Shown piece by piece: positions 31,501 to 42,617 of a DNA stretch of 64,000 nt. The position numbers and the translations under genes are program-made. The notes under the pieces were generated by a model that did no database searches, was not told the origin of the DNA, and worked only from the letters and a program-made list of their open reading frames with translations. The first letter of the stretch is position 1; the number at the start of each line of letters is the position of its first letter. The stretch comes from Salisapilia sapeloensis CBS 127946. Taxonomy: Eukaryota; Protista; Oomycota. Location of the stretch: assembly GCA_023334545.1 (NCBI GenBank), contig JAADVB010000037.1, forward strand, positions 38,973-102,972. Direction: 5' to 3'.

Positions 31501-33151
31501 GGCGAGTGAACGACAGGAACAGGTGGATAAAGCTAAGGAAGACCTGCATACGTTTAATAATCAGAAGAAAGATCGTACGGCAAGAGGGTTCTACGGCACG
31601 CTCATCGGTCAGATCCAGGACGAAGGCGACACAGCGATCGCGCGCGAGTGGCTGGAAGGGCGGATTAAGAAACGCAAAGAGTACGTGTCGGCCATGCGGA
31701 AGAATATCCAGTTCCTCGTCGGTCGAGACAAGAACAAGCAGTACTTCAAGGCGAGTGTTGAGAAGAAGTCGGAAGAGCTGCGCTTTGTGCCTATCAATTT
31801 GCACGTACAGGACCTCTTGGTCGGACCTCGGAATGCGTTTTTGAATGAAGATCGGCAACGGTCCTCTCGCTCGGTCTCCATCTATGACTTTACTACCGTC
31901 GGCGCTCCGTCTGCACATGTGTACAAGTTCACGAAAGGAGGCATCTTGTCGTACCAGTCGAAGCTCAAGAAGCTGGAAGAGAATTTGAATACAGAAGAGA
32001 TTGACTTTAGCAAATGGCCGGAGGAAGTGCGCGAGTACGATGACATGGTCTGGGATCTACAACTACGGATGGACGTTTCCTTCTCGCAAGCACTCGATGC
32101 ACTTGTCTGTTCTTTCGTCCGGAAGGTGAACATTGCGCTGCAGAACTATGACGTTGTACGCGGAGAAGACATGCTTCGGAAAATCAGCTCTCTAGGTTTC
32201 CTCTTCCAAGTCGAGAGTCTGTTGTCGACACACGGAAACGAAATTGGTATGATGGAGGATATGGCCGGTGCTGTTGCTCATCTTTCCTGTGTCGGATTCG
32301 TACTACAGGATGTGCGCGATAGACCAGCGAACCGCTTCTCGTTCCGTATGTCGCGTAAGAAGGAACAGCAAGACGAAAACGTGGGTGTAACCAAGGTCAC
32401 TGTGTCGCACAATCCTGAACGCGAGATGTCCCGTTCGCTACCCAAGTACATTGTGACGCTGCAAGTGCTGACGAGTGAAGTGGAGTTGCCGGAACGACTA
32501 GCGAATGGTGGCCAGATCCACGTCACGCCGTTGCTCTTTACGCAAGGTATCAACGAGATGCAGACAATTGCAAATAATACAGAACGCGCCAAGACCGAGC
32601 TCCAGGATATGATCAACTTGAACAACATCCCGAGGCTCAAGAGCTACTGCGAAAAGTACTGCCGACTCTTGACGGCCGTGCCACAGTCGCAAGGTGTTGG
32701 GTCCTACAAGTACCGTCAGATGAGCAGCGGCAACAGTCCTCGACGCATGAACAAGGACGAGATCATGCAAGAGTATCGGCTGCTGGAAGAGAGTATTCAG
32801 GACGCAGCGAACAGTCTTGTGAAGACGAAGCGACCGGATATTCTTAAGCGGTCTTCCGACTTGTGCCGTGAAATGGGTGGTGGTCGTGTCACTGTATGTA
32901 AGAGTGCCAAGGACCGAACGGCCATGTCCGTTACGCTCGAGCAAGTGCGAATTTTGTCCAAGCATCATAACTTGCCTCCGCAGCGAGCTCAGGCGACGGT
33001 GGCAGTCATGCGTAGCAATGGCGTCCGTATAGAGAACGCTTTCAAGAACACTGGCAAGCGCCAATTCGCCTTCAACAAGCTCCAGCGGTCGTTATTGCCA
33101 GAGGAGTATCGATGCCCAGACCAAGTTGGCGGTACTGGAAACGTCAGTTAA
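28523..33151 (+). CDS. Signal peptide + ectodomain + 7TM (GPCR-like) + type I/II inositol polyphosphate 4-phosphatase fusion
   Basis: Single intronless ORF. N-terminal hydrophobic WIMLVYVALLVQVATS; seven hydrophobic helices from 29720 to 30540; INPP4 motifs FVPINLHVQ, FQVESLLSTHGNEIGMMEDM, LFTQGINEMQT and catalytic CX5R CKSAKDRTAMSVTLEQ (TGT at 32897). Confidence 0.9.
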   Translation: MGASLASKTLWRWIMLVYVALLVQVATSEIDLPASLSFNCVNDVCLYQEKGGKFDDIAKCADSCVKQDFISSIDTEPNSDQKQIKIRSSLNGTCDDCGLEASTNWNFPKTFQALDISTKSVKKNDCDLSCEVWLELPQLWTYVDGEDPSCLINDEEVKCTANQTENGANITVFSLDQDTIPTLIEAQSEYIFRVNHVNTRGAPGSYEETTQLQVRFKSENCMVDTVDNSEDQRFGLALESSEYKLVGLFTDTSMTASSPRISTKTDVTFSFISGAILEPGAFILLRVREDVEDDFSHMIADLSDPKLKIGEDGEEKDIDIYVGAANVSFILPVDSDLRIDNGDRVEIKVRNFQNPDTISSSVTRGYLSAYQGVASAIDNSRINFFDVHLNERGTGALLDIITTIIFGLCFFVSLFIIRRNGLPLTMKTLWTDCVAIAALFSFAAGCGGALVWVIQPSIAYVYWSAAQYFFNCMMVLSLCFHWAAVISYKSLKKLTFKSPVVILFLAVNVVVIAFLVVLIIVAQRKGNLSCVYVDDSSLCRSEEDCDKKLLMEGEIIRQTAYTCDIQWYYLVLGSGFILYTLGLMVLGCKVMSRGRLLMINEDPSDQRIRKSLTKFYAIIATTCVLYVSAQVIYMTQYLSENARDDLSDIVWYMFIIWLPHGIPPLLLLFLQWNPSSDLQEQDEPPVESVAESSKDDMLNLTPRSSSSSPNLPYSSLMHDHGDNDSALNTDEQSNKLRLIVRLTLPAGFDRSCFVSLEYFSSKQAITADTSLRRLCRKASWRSVGSTEPIGNGNDTADVVAGDGASISTYPFVTVLEIPVNGPASSTLLRFMMHASTIGAHEAQDNVSESADTNYSSDNGNVSELSYQMTMFHPLLEFVTTTQAVLDAAASSQPLRVYPSDEHTCAILEEAPSMQTELEELLVGNMRNAELSVQTVMMAGEVPLRADDATHRHIGNITRYFLYDSEDGSEGLVVEDLQEFEHVNRVTRQLLELLASERQEQVDKAKEDLHTFNNQKKDRTARGFYGTLIGQIQDEGDTAIAREWLEGRIKKRKEYVSAMRKNIQFLVGRDKNKQYFKASVEKKSEELRFVPINLHVQDLLVGPRNAFLNEDRQRSSRSVSIYDFTTVGAPSAHVYKFTKGGILSYQSKLKKLEENLNTEEIDFSKWPEEVREYDDMVWDLQLRMDVSFSQALDALVCSFVRKVNIALQNYDVVRGEDMLRKISSLGFLFQVESLLSTHGNEIGMMEDMAGAVAHLSCVGFVLQDVRDRPANRFSFRMSRKKEQQDENVGVTKVTVSHNPEREMSRSLPKYIVTLQVLTSEVELPERLANGGQIHVTPLLFTQGINEMQTIANNTERAKTELQDMINLNNIPRLKSYCEKYCRLLTAVPQSQGVGSYKYRQMSSGNSPRRMNKDEIMQEYRLLEESIQDAANSLVKTKRPDILKRSSDLCREMGGGRVTVCKSAKDRTAMSVTLEQVRILSKHHNLPPQRAQATVAVMRSNGVRIENAFKNTGKRQFAFNKLQRSLLPEEYRCPDQVGGTGNVS

Positions 33152-34030
33152 GCTCGCGCATGTTTTGAAGACGAAACGATTGTGTGCTATAATTTTAATT
33201 TCGTCGACTCAGCTCAACATTGCTTCGTTTCGTCTTGTATCTTGCCGCGGCATTCCTAAAGGAGAAGGGTTGGCGCGTATAGGTTGTGTGCGCGAGGTCT
33301 CCTCCATGTGTGTGTGTTTCGCACATGTGAGCACACGCATTGTGGACTTGACTGAAGCTATTCAGTACAAGCTTGATTTGTCTTTTTGCTTTTGGATACC
33401 TTGCTTTGGAAATGTATTTCCAGCGCATTTATAGCGTTCATCGATTTGAATAAACTATATTCCACAATACTTCACGTTTTTAAGTGCATGAATACGTTAG
33501 TTGCGACAAAGGTATCAGACGTAGCTGGAGCATAGTGCAGAAAGATATAGTTGATCGGAGGAAATGGTAATTAATACTAATTTAATTCTATTTTATAATG
33601 ATTTACTTTTAATTTAGCTCGACAGTGCAACTTGAAGTAAATTCCACCCTTTACTTCATTAGTCTCTCCGTATTACTGTCAGCTTGCAGCAACAGCAAGA
33701 CTAGATTAGTACATTTTATCTATCGTAGCACTCGATATGTTGGATTGGAAGCACTTGTACCTGCGAGATCATGTGTCGAACAAATTTTGAGAAAGCAAAC
33801 ATGCACATCCCGATTGCTGTATCTGGTATCTTGGGGCATCTTGCATATTAGATGGCTGACAGGACTACCAACAGCATAAGAAGATAAAGTATTCATTTCT
33901 TTTATTTCGAAGCAGCACGCCAATTTTTAGATCCAGTAAGCTAGCTCGTAAGCTAAACGAGCATCGCAACAAGCCAGTATAACCCACATTGAACATCAAA
34001 AGGAAAGGGCTTCGCTTTTGCTCATTTATC

Positions 34031-36314
34031 TTAAAGGTCTTTGAACTTGACTTGTGCAATGAAATCCAAGTCCTTGTTCTTGCTTGCATCCGTGGCGCCT
34101 GGCAAAATAGCTCCTTTGATTGGGGACGTCGCTAACCGATTCGCAGAGTCTTCTTGAGCCTTCTTTTTCCTCTTGACTAGCAGCTCTTCATTGGACAGGC
34201 CTCGCTCTGTTGCTATTTTTTGCTTCTCATCCATCTATAAATCGAGAATCCGGATTAATAAATGCTTTATATCTATTCAGGTACTCGTCAACATACCTCC
34301 GATTTCCGTGATACTTCAGCCGTTAAACGAGAGCTGCTCATCTTTAGAATATTTCTAGTAGGCACTTGCACATCAATAATATCGCTTGCTTCAGAAGCGG
34401 ATGATATGTTCGATCGCGCGGACGCGATTTCTTCGTCATCCCCTTTCGGAAGCAAATCTGCAACGACAAATCCATGGACTGTACCGGGGCGAACTCGAAT
34501 ATTATTTTCATGCACGGCCGGGTCATTATTCACCATTGGGGACCAAGTTTCATCTTCCATGTCCAACTTGCCAAACTTATTCCCTCCAGTGTCGTCACCT
34601 GAGACTTCCATATCGCCACCAAAGCCTCCAAATGCACCTGAAGAACCAGATTGCTGTCCAATAAGTTCCAACATCTTGACAAGTTTAACTTCAGCAAGTG
34701 CCAGCGCATCGGTCTTCCCGCTTGCTTTATTAAGTGACAAATCCTGTCCGGATTTGCCTGTGTCGGGTCTTGATGTAGATACAGAAGAAGAAGGCGTGCG
34801 GCAAGCTTCCATCCTTTCAAGAATATCCCCTGCCGAGATTTCGAGTGCATCATCAAACAGCTGAAGTCGTTGTAAAAGTCCTGATGCTCCTTGCCGAACG
34901 GAAGTTAGTACGCTGTCTAATCGCTCATAGGCACCCTTGTTGATCTTGAGTGTCGCCTTGGCAACTTGGACGTCATTTTCTAGTGTGTTGTACGCTTCAC
35001 GAGTGAGTTCGGTTGGTCCTTTTCCAGAAGCTTTGATTTCGTTCAACGCTTGTACTGCTTGTTCTTTCTCTTGACGAGTGGCAATGAGCTGGATCTCCGA
35101 CTTTGACTTCTCTTTTTCCAACGTTGCACTTGTACTAGCCTGGTCCTGGATTTTGGCTGCAATTTCAGGAAGTTCACTCACGCCCATCACTACTTTAAGC
35201 TCCGCAACAACCTCGTCATAGTCCGCCATCTTTTTCGTCTTGGCACGATTTGCATCGTATAGTTCGTCCTTGGCACGCTCTCGATTGGCAATCTTTCGTA
35301 TCAATTGAGCTTCCTCTTCTTCAGATAGATCGCCACGAAGTTGAGCAGCCATGTCGGCTCTTTCCTGTACTCGCTGAAGTCGCCACTGCTCCATGCTTTG
35401 AGCGTTTTTAGCACGAATGTCCTGATTTCCAAGCTCTCGAGCGCGGGTACGACGATCAATTTGAAGTTGTGTTTGTACATCCTGCAGAAATTGTACTGCT
35501 CTGCTTTTTGCAGCATCAAGCTCCCTGCATAGCACTTGGACGTCTTCGAGTTCCTTTTTACTGTTTTCTACCGTTGTCCCCATTGAATGCAAGTGTTGAT
35601 CCACACGCAACTGAGTGGTCTGTAAACGGCGGATCATGTGTTCATACTGTCTTCTTTGATGCATTTGCTCTTCCACTTCTGCAGTGCAAGCTGCAATCTC
35701 TTGCTTGATCGTAGAACTCTGCTTGGACACTGGAGTGGATTGACTATGAATTTGATTCAACGTTTCCGTCTCCAGCTGAAGACCTCGTATCTCATCAAGC
35801 AAAATATTAATCTCTCTCTGTCTGCGATCCGCCATAAGCTTATGCTCGTTAAATTTCCTCGCACTTGCATGAACACTGACTTCGAGATTTTCAATGTCTC
35901 TTTCATTTGAGTTTTCAGCGTTACGACTCGTGGGATCATCCTTTTCTGATTTTTCATTGCTATCACGCCGCTTGTTCGGCTTACCGACCGACTCACGCCC
36001 TGGAATAACCAACGGCGAGTTCATCTTTCGCACGGCTTCAGCTAACTCTTTCTTGTGTGTAATAAAGCGAAGGCTCTTTTTACCATTATTTCCAGTAACT
36101 CCATTGTTACCAGGCTCATAAGCATTTGCAGATGAACCTGCAATAGGAAGCAGCCGTAATCGACCTGATCCTCCACCTCTCTTTTTATGGTTTTTGTCGG
36201 AGCTTTTCTGTCGTGTGTGATCAAAGAGAACGCTAAGCACCTTGCTAATGATAGTCCATAAAAGTTCAAAGTACTCACAGAAGTCGAAGCGAGATTGGTG
36301 AATTCACTAGCCAT
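34031..36314 (-). CDS. Long coiled-coil protein resembling outer dynein arm docking complex subunits (CCDC151/ODAD3-like), 3 exons
   Basis: Exon 1 MASEFTNLASTS splices to the 650-codon ORF, then to MDEKQK...KFKDL*. Heptad-rich; RRQYEHMIRRL, QLRGDLSEEEE and LTSVRQGASGLLQRL resemble recalled CCDC151-type sequences. Confidence 0.58.
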
Positions 36315-36559
36315 GACAATTGATTTTGTATGCTTGATCTATTCTTTGCTCATGACCTTGTGCTTGTGATGGCACAGCACAAAACGGAGACCAAGTGTTG
36401 GCTAGTTTCACATCCTTGCCATAAATCCGGTCCATAAATAGATATCCTGTGGTGAAACTTACTAAACATTATCTAATACGTAATGCAAGATTGTGCAAGA
36501 TGACAAAGAAATCAATGTCGCCATCTATGTATACCATGCCGATTGTGGCTGATATCAGA

Positions 36560-38260
36560 GGTATGTGGTACGCTACTAGGCATGGACATAATGAAACCAC
36601 ATGATTCATTCTTGTTCGTGATCCAATGTCCTCGGATGCACTACATCCAGTATACTTTTGTTTGGTTATCTGGAAGCTTTCCTTCGCCAAGTAACGTGAA
36701 TTGGTCAGATATCACGATGGGCTCCGATGCGTATTGCCGCGCACAGTGGCCATCATTGATCATGCAGCTATTAGTCGAGAGAGATGCATATATACATACA
36801 AAGTACCCTGTAGACTGTTTTAAAGTATCTGCAATCGCATCCTCTATCTTTTGGTCATAGGACTGACACACACCGTTGCACTTGGGTGCTGTCTGGGGGA
36901 ACAGTCGACGCTTTATTCTTCTACTTGAGCATGGTACAGTGTTCGACGCGCTCGACAAGGAAGGGCTGACACCTATAGAACTTGCAAAAGTAAATGAGAA
37001 GCGTTAAACAATCGAATTTCATTCGAGTTGGAGGCTCAAGGGCTCAACAGCGGACGGTCGTAGCCTTCGCTTGAATTGGTTTATTATAAAATGCGAGTGG
37101 TAACTTTGCTTCATGAGCAGAATGTGCACATTCGTTCGGTATACTCGTCGAGAACGAGAAAACCACCGATGACAAGATCGATGATAGGGCGATGACAGAA
37201 CAAGACCCATCCACTCTGCAACTGTTGCTCGCGTTGTACTTCCGAAAGAAAAGCTATCATGATGGAGATGAGAGCACACTTCCGATATTAGTGAAGTCGT
37301 GGCCGTTGTACAGGATTGCACACAAAAGCAAATGATTCCCTATCGACACAGCTTCATCGTAGCTACTTTGTATTAAGGGCGCTTAGTGGAAGCATTGGAC
37401 ATTAGCGACGTGTGAATTATTACCAGTGGTCAAGTCTATGGTTGGAATCACGAGCAAAGCACTCAATGGGGGAGCAGAAAAGCTCCTGTGCTTCTTTTGA
37501 AAAGGTATCATGAGAGCGAACTTGCCTTTCGAGAGGTCTTTCATTTGATCACCAAGCAGATCGTTTTCTCGCTGGTATAATTCAGCACGAACAGCAGTAC
37601 TTTGATGAATTGCCTACAGCGGAAATGTTCTAGGTAACCTGGAAAAGCTTGCAGCTTTGCAGAATTTGTGTGTGGCAAATTACATTGCGTAAAACTACAG
37701 TGAAGCTAAGAGTAGTCTCCTGCAATTAATCAAGATCGAGCAGGATCGTCATGGAGACCTTTGGATCGAGAAGATTGCCCGTCTGTATTACTTTCTGGCA
37801 AATTGCATATTGAAGCAGGTGTTCATGCATATCGTTGCGTTCGTGACTTGAAGAAGTAATTTACATGGTATGCATAGAAACGATCCAAGGATACATGCAA
37901 TTTTTGCGAGTATGTGCTCCCAAAGCCGCGCTTGCAAGTATCATCGCCTCTACCAGCATCAATATACGAACTCTTCACCAAGAGTTGGATGGTTCAATGC
38001 GAATTTGAAGTTGTTGTTTTCATCCGACCATCTCCATCCTATTTACCTACTTGACTCTACAGAGAAAGCGAAAGCGGCATTCCACCAATCTCTCCGGCAT
38101 CTCTCTACCTCGAAACCACTCCGTCATGCTTCCATCTCTCGGACACATTGAAACTTGGACGCAGCAGTTGTGGTGCAAAAGTCCGCATCCATCCTCCGTC
38201 TCAGATTCGAGAAGAGTCCTTGAAACGCTTTTCACCAACCAACCAAAGTATATAGAAAAT
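36560..38260 (+). pseudogene. Decayed ankyrin-repeat + TPR-repeat gene
   Basis: Ankyrin consensus with lesions: WYATRHGHNETT* (TGA 36602); WAPMRIAAHSGH then a frameshift to IMQLLVERDAYIHTK; D*HTPLHLGAVWGN...LLEHG..DALDKEGLTPIELA (TGA where Gly is expected). TPR-like LAALQNLCVANYIA*NYSEAKSSLLQLIKIE...IARLYYFLANCILKQ (TAA 37690). Confidence 0.7.
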
Positions 38261-38328
38261 TAGAATAGCATAATCGAATCGCATTCTACCATCCAAGACA
38301 CTTTTTATAGAAAGTAGAGTTTATAAGA

Positions 38329-39963
38329 ATGTCATCGCATGCACCAAAGGAGCTTGGTGGGACTCGTCCCAACACAGACCAGCGATTCGACCTCATGGCT
38401 AACAGAGTCGATGAAGACACGGAGCAGACGGATGATGCCAAGCCTTCATACTACACGGAACAGGCCGATGACGATGTGCCAGAAGTCACGACGGTTGAAA
38501 GCATGTGCATGAACTGCGAAGAGAATGGCGAGACTAAGCTCTTGCTGACTCTCATTCCATACTTCCGCGAAGTCATCCTCATGTCGTTCGAGTGCGAGCA
38601 CTGCGGATACAAGAACAGTGAGGTCCAATTCGGTGGTCAGATCCAGGACATGGGCACCAAGATCTCGCTCAGCGTCGAGACACCGGAGGACTTGAACCGT
38701 CAGATCATCAAGTCGGACACAGCCACCATCTCGTTCCCAGAGATCGATTTCGAGATCCCGGCCAAGACCCAACGAGGAACAATCAACACGTTGGAAGGTG
38801 TCCTTGGTAAAGCCACGAAGGACTTGCGTATGAATCTGGACGAGCGTCGTGCCGCAGACCCAGAGACCACTGCCAAGCTGGAAGAGTTCTTGGCGAAACT
38901 GGCGCTCATGACTGCCGGCATCAATCTTCCGTTTACGATCGTCGTGGACGACCCAGCAGGTAACTCGCACATTGAGAACCCGAGCGCACCACAGAAAGAC
39001 CCCAAGCTCAAGGAGGAAAAATACTACCGATCGGAAGCACAGGACCTCGAGTGTGGGCTACAGCCGGACCAGTCTCACGAGACTCCTTCCCAGACACCTA
39101 AGCAGCTTCCGAACCGAAACGAAGGCCTGGACAAGTTCGTCGAAGGCGCTGGTCTTGGCCGTAAGGAAGTGCTCCAATTCCCAGGCAACTGCTATGCTTG
39201 TGGCAAGCCTGGCATGTCGAACGTCTGTGTCACGGACATTCCGCACTTTAAGGAAGTCATCATCATGTCGTACAACTGCGACGAGTGTGGCTTCAAGACG
39301 AATGAGATCAAGGCCGGCGGTGCGATTCCGCCGCAAGGAGAGCGCATTACGTTGCACGTCGATCCGTTCGAGGATAAGGACGTGATGGACCGAGATGTCT
39401 TGAAGAGTGACTCGGCCAGCGTCACGATCCCGGAGATCGAGCTCGAGATGCAGCATGGATCCTTGGGCGGACTCTACACGACGGTGGAAGGATTATTGGG
39501 CAAGATCCGCAAGAACATTGAAGAGGGAAACCCGTTCGCCGTTGGTGACAGCGATGGCGGTCGATCGAAACTCAAGGAATGGTTTGACCGTTTGGAAAGT
39601 CTCAAGCAAGGACAGCAAAAGTTCACGTTGATCGTGGAGGACCCTCTGGCTAACAGCTTTGTTTATTCCCCCGCCGGGTCGGCCGAGGACGACTCGAGGA
39701 TGACGTCGGAGCTCTTCACGCGTTCGGCCGATATGGATGAAGAACTCGGACTTACGGACATGAACACGGATGACTACGATGGAGAGGGTGAAGACCCTAT
39801 GAAGAAGGAACTCAAGAAGCTTGCGGAAGAAATTCGCAGCGATAAGGAGACGATGGGCGGAGGCAAGGCGCTCGACCCGCAGGGCTACCACCCGTATCCG
39901 AACGCTGTGCAGGAGATGCGTAATCAGATGGAGTTCAAGACGATTGAAAAGAAGGGTAAATAG
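38329..39963 (+). CDS. ZPR1: Zinc finger protein ZPR1 (tandem ZnF-A/B modules)
   Basis: ESMCMNCEENG...IPYFREVILMSFECEHCG and second module CYACG...IPHFKEVIIMSYNCDECG; DDPAGNSHIEN; EDPLANSFV. Confidence 0.95.
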   Translation: MSSHAPKELGGTRPNTDQRFDLMANRVDEDTEQTDDAKPSYYTEQADDDVPEVTTVESMCMNCEENGETKLLLTLIPYFREVILMSFECEHCGYKNSEVQFGGQIQDMGTKISLSVETPEDLNRQIIKSDTATISFPEIDFEIPAKTQRGTINTLEGVLGKATKDLRMNLDERRAADPETTAKLEEFLAKLALMTAGINLPFTIVVDDPAGNSHIENPSAPQKDPKLKEEKYYRSEAQDLECGLQPDQSHETPSQTPKQLPNRNEGLDKFVEGAGLGRKEVLQFPGNCYACGKPGMSNVCVTDIPHFKEVIIMSYNCDECGFKTNEIKAGGAIPPQGERITLHVDPFEDKDVMDRDVLKSDSASVTIPEIELEMQHGSLGGLYTTVEGLLGKIRKNIEEGNPFAVGDSDGGRSKLKEWFDRLESLKQGQQKFTLIVEDPLANSFVYSPAGSAEDDSRMTSELFTRSADMDEELGLTDMNTDDYDGEGEDPMKKELKKLAEEIRSDKETMGGGKALDPQGYHPYPNAVQEMRNQMEFKTIEKKGK

Positions 39964-40590
39964 ACGCGTTCAAGCACACCGTTCGGGTACCATTAGCGAG
40001 ACTTTTTGCATTTAACTTTTCAATATAGCTCATAGTCCCTCCTAAATTGTACCAAAACCAAGCGCAGTCTTAGGGTCATAGAGCATGATAAGCACTTGTG
40101 CCGCTAGCTTGTAGTCGTCGGAATGAATGCTCCTACTAGGAGTCGAGAAGCTTGGTTCTAGACTGCTGTACTGGTCGGCTTTGCTTTTCTCTTCTTCGAA
40201 TGAGATAAAAGGCATACGATTGAATTCTTATCTTGAAGTGTAGTTCAAGTAGACTTTATCCAACACCTTCCAAGGCAGTTGATACGTGAGGTGGGTTGGC
40301 ATGATGTTTGATTTACTTGGAATGCTGTCAAAGTGAGTCTACTCTGCGGAAAGCATACACATCCAAGCGATACAACATTGAACACAGGTAAACATCCTTC
40401 CGGTGTATGTAGCACCCCTCCACTTGTATAACTAGCAAGTACATTCAAATCGATAGTGAAGGTATCGGCAATGGCAACCCAGGACAAGTACCGTTAAGTA
40501 GACATAAACGCAACAGTCGAGTGACTCATCAGATGTTTACTTGAGTAATCAGATCAAGTAGAATTTCAATGGGAATATGTTGATTTCAGT

Positions 40591-42312
40591 ATGATTAGAC
40601 GAGCGGATCCGGTCGACCCTTTTGCGCTCACTTTCAAATCATCGTCCATGCTTCGAACGAATAGCTCACCGTCGCTCGAGTATGAGCCTCTGCCTGGCTC
40701 TGGAGCGAGCAGCTACCGGCGAATGGGCAAGATCCTGGTCGCCGTAGGTGTAGCCGTCGCGACGATGCTCTTCTTCTTCGGGAACACTACGCAAGACGCT
40801 GTGGTCAGCGAGACCAGCGAACAGCCTTCTCTTCGCACCACTGGCAAGTCATCAGTCGACTCCTTCACGCAATTGCACTCCGACTATCCTGTGCAAGAAG
40901 ACGGCGAAAGAGACTTGCTCCAATACTGCGATGAGCTCTACTTTGAGCAGCCTCTCGATCACTTTAGTGCGAATGACGAAGGCACCTTCTTGCAACGGTA
41001 CTTTGTCTGCGGTGAAGAGCACTCGAAGAAGGACGGATCGATCTTCTTTTACGTCGGAAATGAGGCAGACGTTGAGCTCTACCTTAACAACACTGGTCTC
41101 ATGTGGGAGAACGCAAAGGAGTTTGGAGCGCTCATGGTCTTCGCAGAGCACCGGTACTTTGGCAAGTCGCTCCCATTCCCAAAGGACGAGATCATGCAGC
41201 ACATGAAGTACCTGTCGACTGAGCAGGCTCTCGCTGACTACGCGGTCTTGATCACCAACTTGAAAGCTTCTCGTCAGTTGGACGTGCCAGTCATCGGTTT
41301 TGGTGGATCTTACGGAGGCATGCTCGGCACATGGTTCCGGATCAAGTACCCACACATCATTGACGGTGTGATCGCCGCCTCTGCTCCTGTTGTCCGATAC
41401 TATGGAGACGAACTTCCCACGGACACGGAAGGATATGCTCGTGTCGTGACGTTCGATGCTTCCCCAGAAGCTGGTGCTTCTCCCCACTGCATTCCGAACG
41501 TGCGCAAGGCATGGCCGACGATGGCAGCTCTTGGTAACTCGTCCGATGGTCGCAGTGTCCTGCATTCTGCCCTCGGTCTGTGCGAAAGTCAGAAGCTTGA
41601 CTCTGCCGAAGACGTCGCGGAACTCATCCAGTGGGCGCAGGGTGCTTATGACATGCTGGCCATGGGTAACTACCCGTACCCGTCTCCGTACATCATGAAC
41701 GGACAGAGCGTGCTGCCTTCCTTCCCAATGCGCGAGGCCTGCGCTCCATTCACGGAAGAGATGGAAGGTGAGGAACTCCTGACAGCACTACGTGAGTCTG
41801 TCGGCGTCTACTACAACAGCACACATGATGCGCAGTGCTACTCTATGTCCGAGCCGTCGAACGAGACGTCTATGGATGGTCTCTTCTGGGACTACATCTG
41901 GTGCTCGGAGATCTACATGCCGCAGACGATGGACGGCATCAATGACATGTTCTGGCCGGAACCTGCGTCCGTCGAGAAGGACGCGCTGCACTGCAAGGAG
42001 GCGTGGGGTGTGGAGCTGAAGCCTCACTGGGCTGTTACGCAGTACGGAGGCTACAAGGCCATCAGCTACGCGAGCAACATTGTCTTTAGCAACGGAAACT
42101 TCGACCCGTGGTCTCCGTTGGGCGTGCTGGAAGACGTGTCGGAGACTGTCGTGGCAGTCCCTGTAGACGGTGGTGCCCACCACTTGGACTTGTTCTTCAG
42201 CAACGAGCTGGACCCTCCTGCAGTGAAGCACGCTCGTGATCTGGAGAAGAAGCACATGTGGCAGTGGGTGGGCGAGTACTACACTCGGAAGCTATCGCTG
42301 GCGGCGGCATAA
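40591..42312 (+). CDS. Peptidase family S28 (lysosomal Pro-Xaa carboxypeptidase-like), N-terminal membrane anchor
   Basis: FEQPLDHF, IFFYVGNEAD, FAEHRYFGKSLP, EQALADYA, nucleophile motif GGSYGG, SNGNFDPWS, AHHLDL. The start may be 40648. Confidence 0.93.
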   Translation: MIRRADPVDPFALTFKSSSMLRTNSSPSLEYEPLPGSGASSYRRMGKILVAVGVAVATMLFFFGNTTQDAVVSETSEQPSLRTTGKSSVDSFTQLHSDYPVQEDGERDLLQYCDELYFEQPLDHFSANDEGTFLQRYFVCGEEHSKKDGSIFFYVGNEADVELYLNNTGLMWENAKEFGALMVFAEHRYFGKSLPFPKDEIMQHMKYLSTEQALADYAVLITNLKASRQLDVPVIGFGGSYGGMLGTWFRIKYPHIIDGVIAASAPVVRYYGDELPTDTEGYARVVTFDASPEAGASPHCIPNVRKAWPTMAALGNSSDGRSVLHSALGLCESQKLDSAEDVAELIQWAQGAYDMLAMGNYPYPSPYIMNGQSVLPSFPMREACAPFTEEMEGEELLTALRESVGVYYNSTHDAQCYSMSEPSNETSMDGLFWDYIWCSEIYMPQTMDGINDMFWPEPASVEKDALHCKEAWGVELKPHWAVTQYGGYKAISYASNIVFSNGNFDPWSPLGVLEDVSETVVAVPVDGGAHHLDLFFSNELDPPAVKHARDLEKKHMWQWVGEYYTRKLSLAAA

Positions 42313-42617
42313 GTAGCCCCAAGGACATTGGAAAGATAAATAAAGCAACTTTTGCTGCTATTCTTGGTCAAAAGTTTACATGCTTCAAACGGTATGAACA
42401 AAGCGGATCGAAACGCATCGACCATGTCATTCCTTCCGTGACATGGAAACCTAGCACCCTAGCGAACGAGCGCTTTCGCTTCTTCTTCTGAAACTATTCC
42501 TAAAATCTACTCGCACCGAATACCTACGCGGGGGATAACTAAGACGGCACACCACGACTTGGAATGCCAGTGGCTGACATACCTAGCTCCAGAAAAAAAT
42601 CAGACTAAAAGTGTTGC

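Noticed and set aside
33440-34030. Additional gene between the 7TM-INPP4 and CCDC151-like genes
   Set aside because: AT-rich, with only short stop-interrupted frames and no motif.
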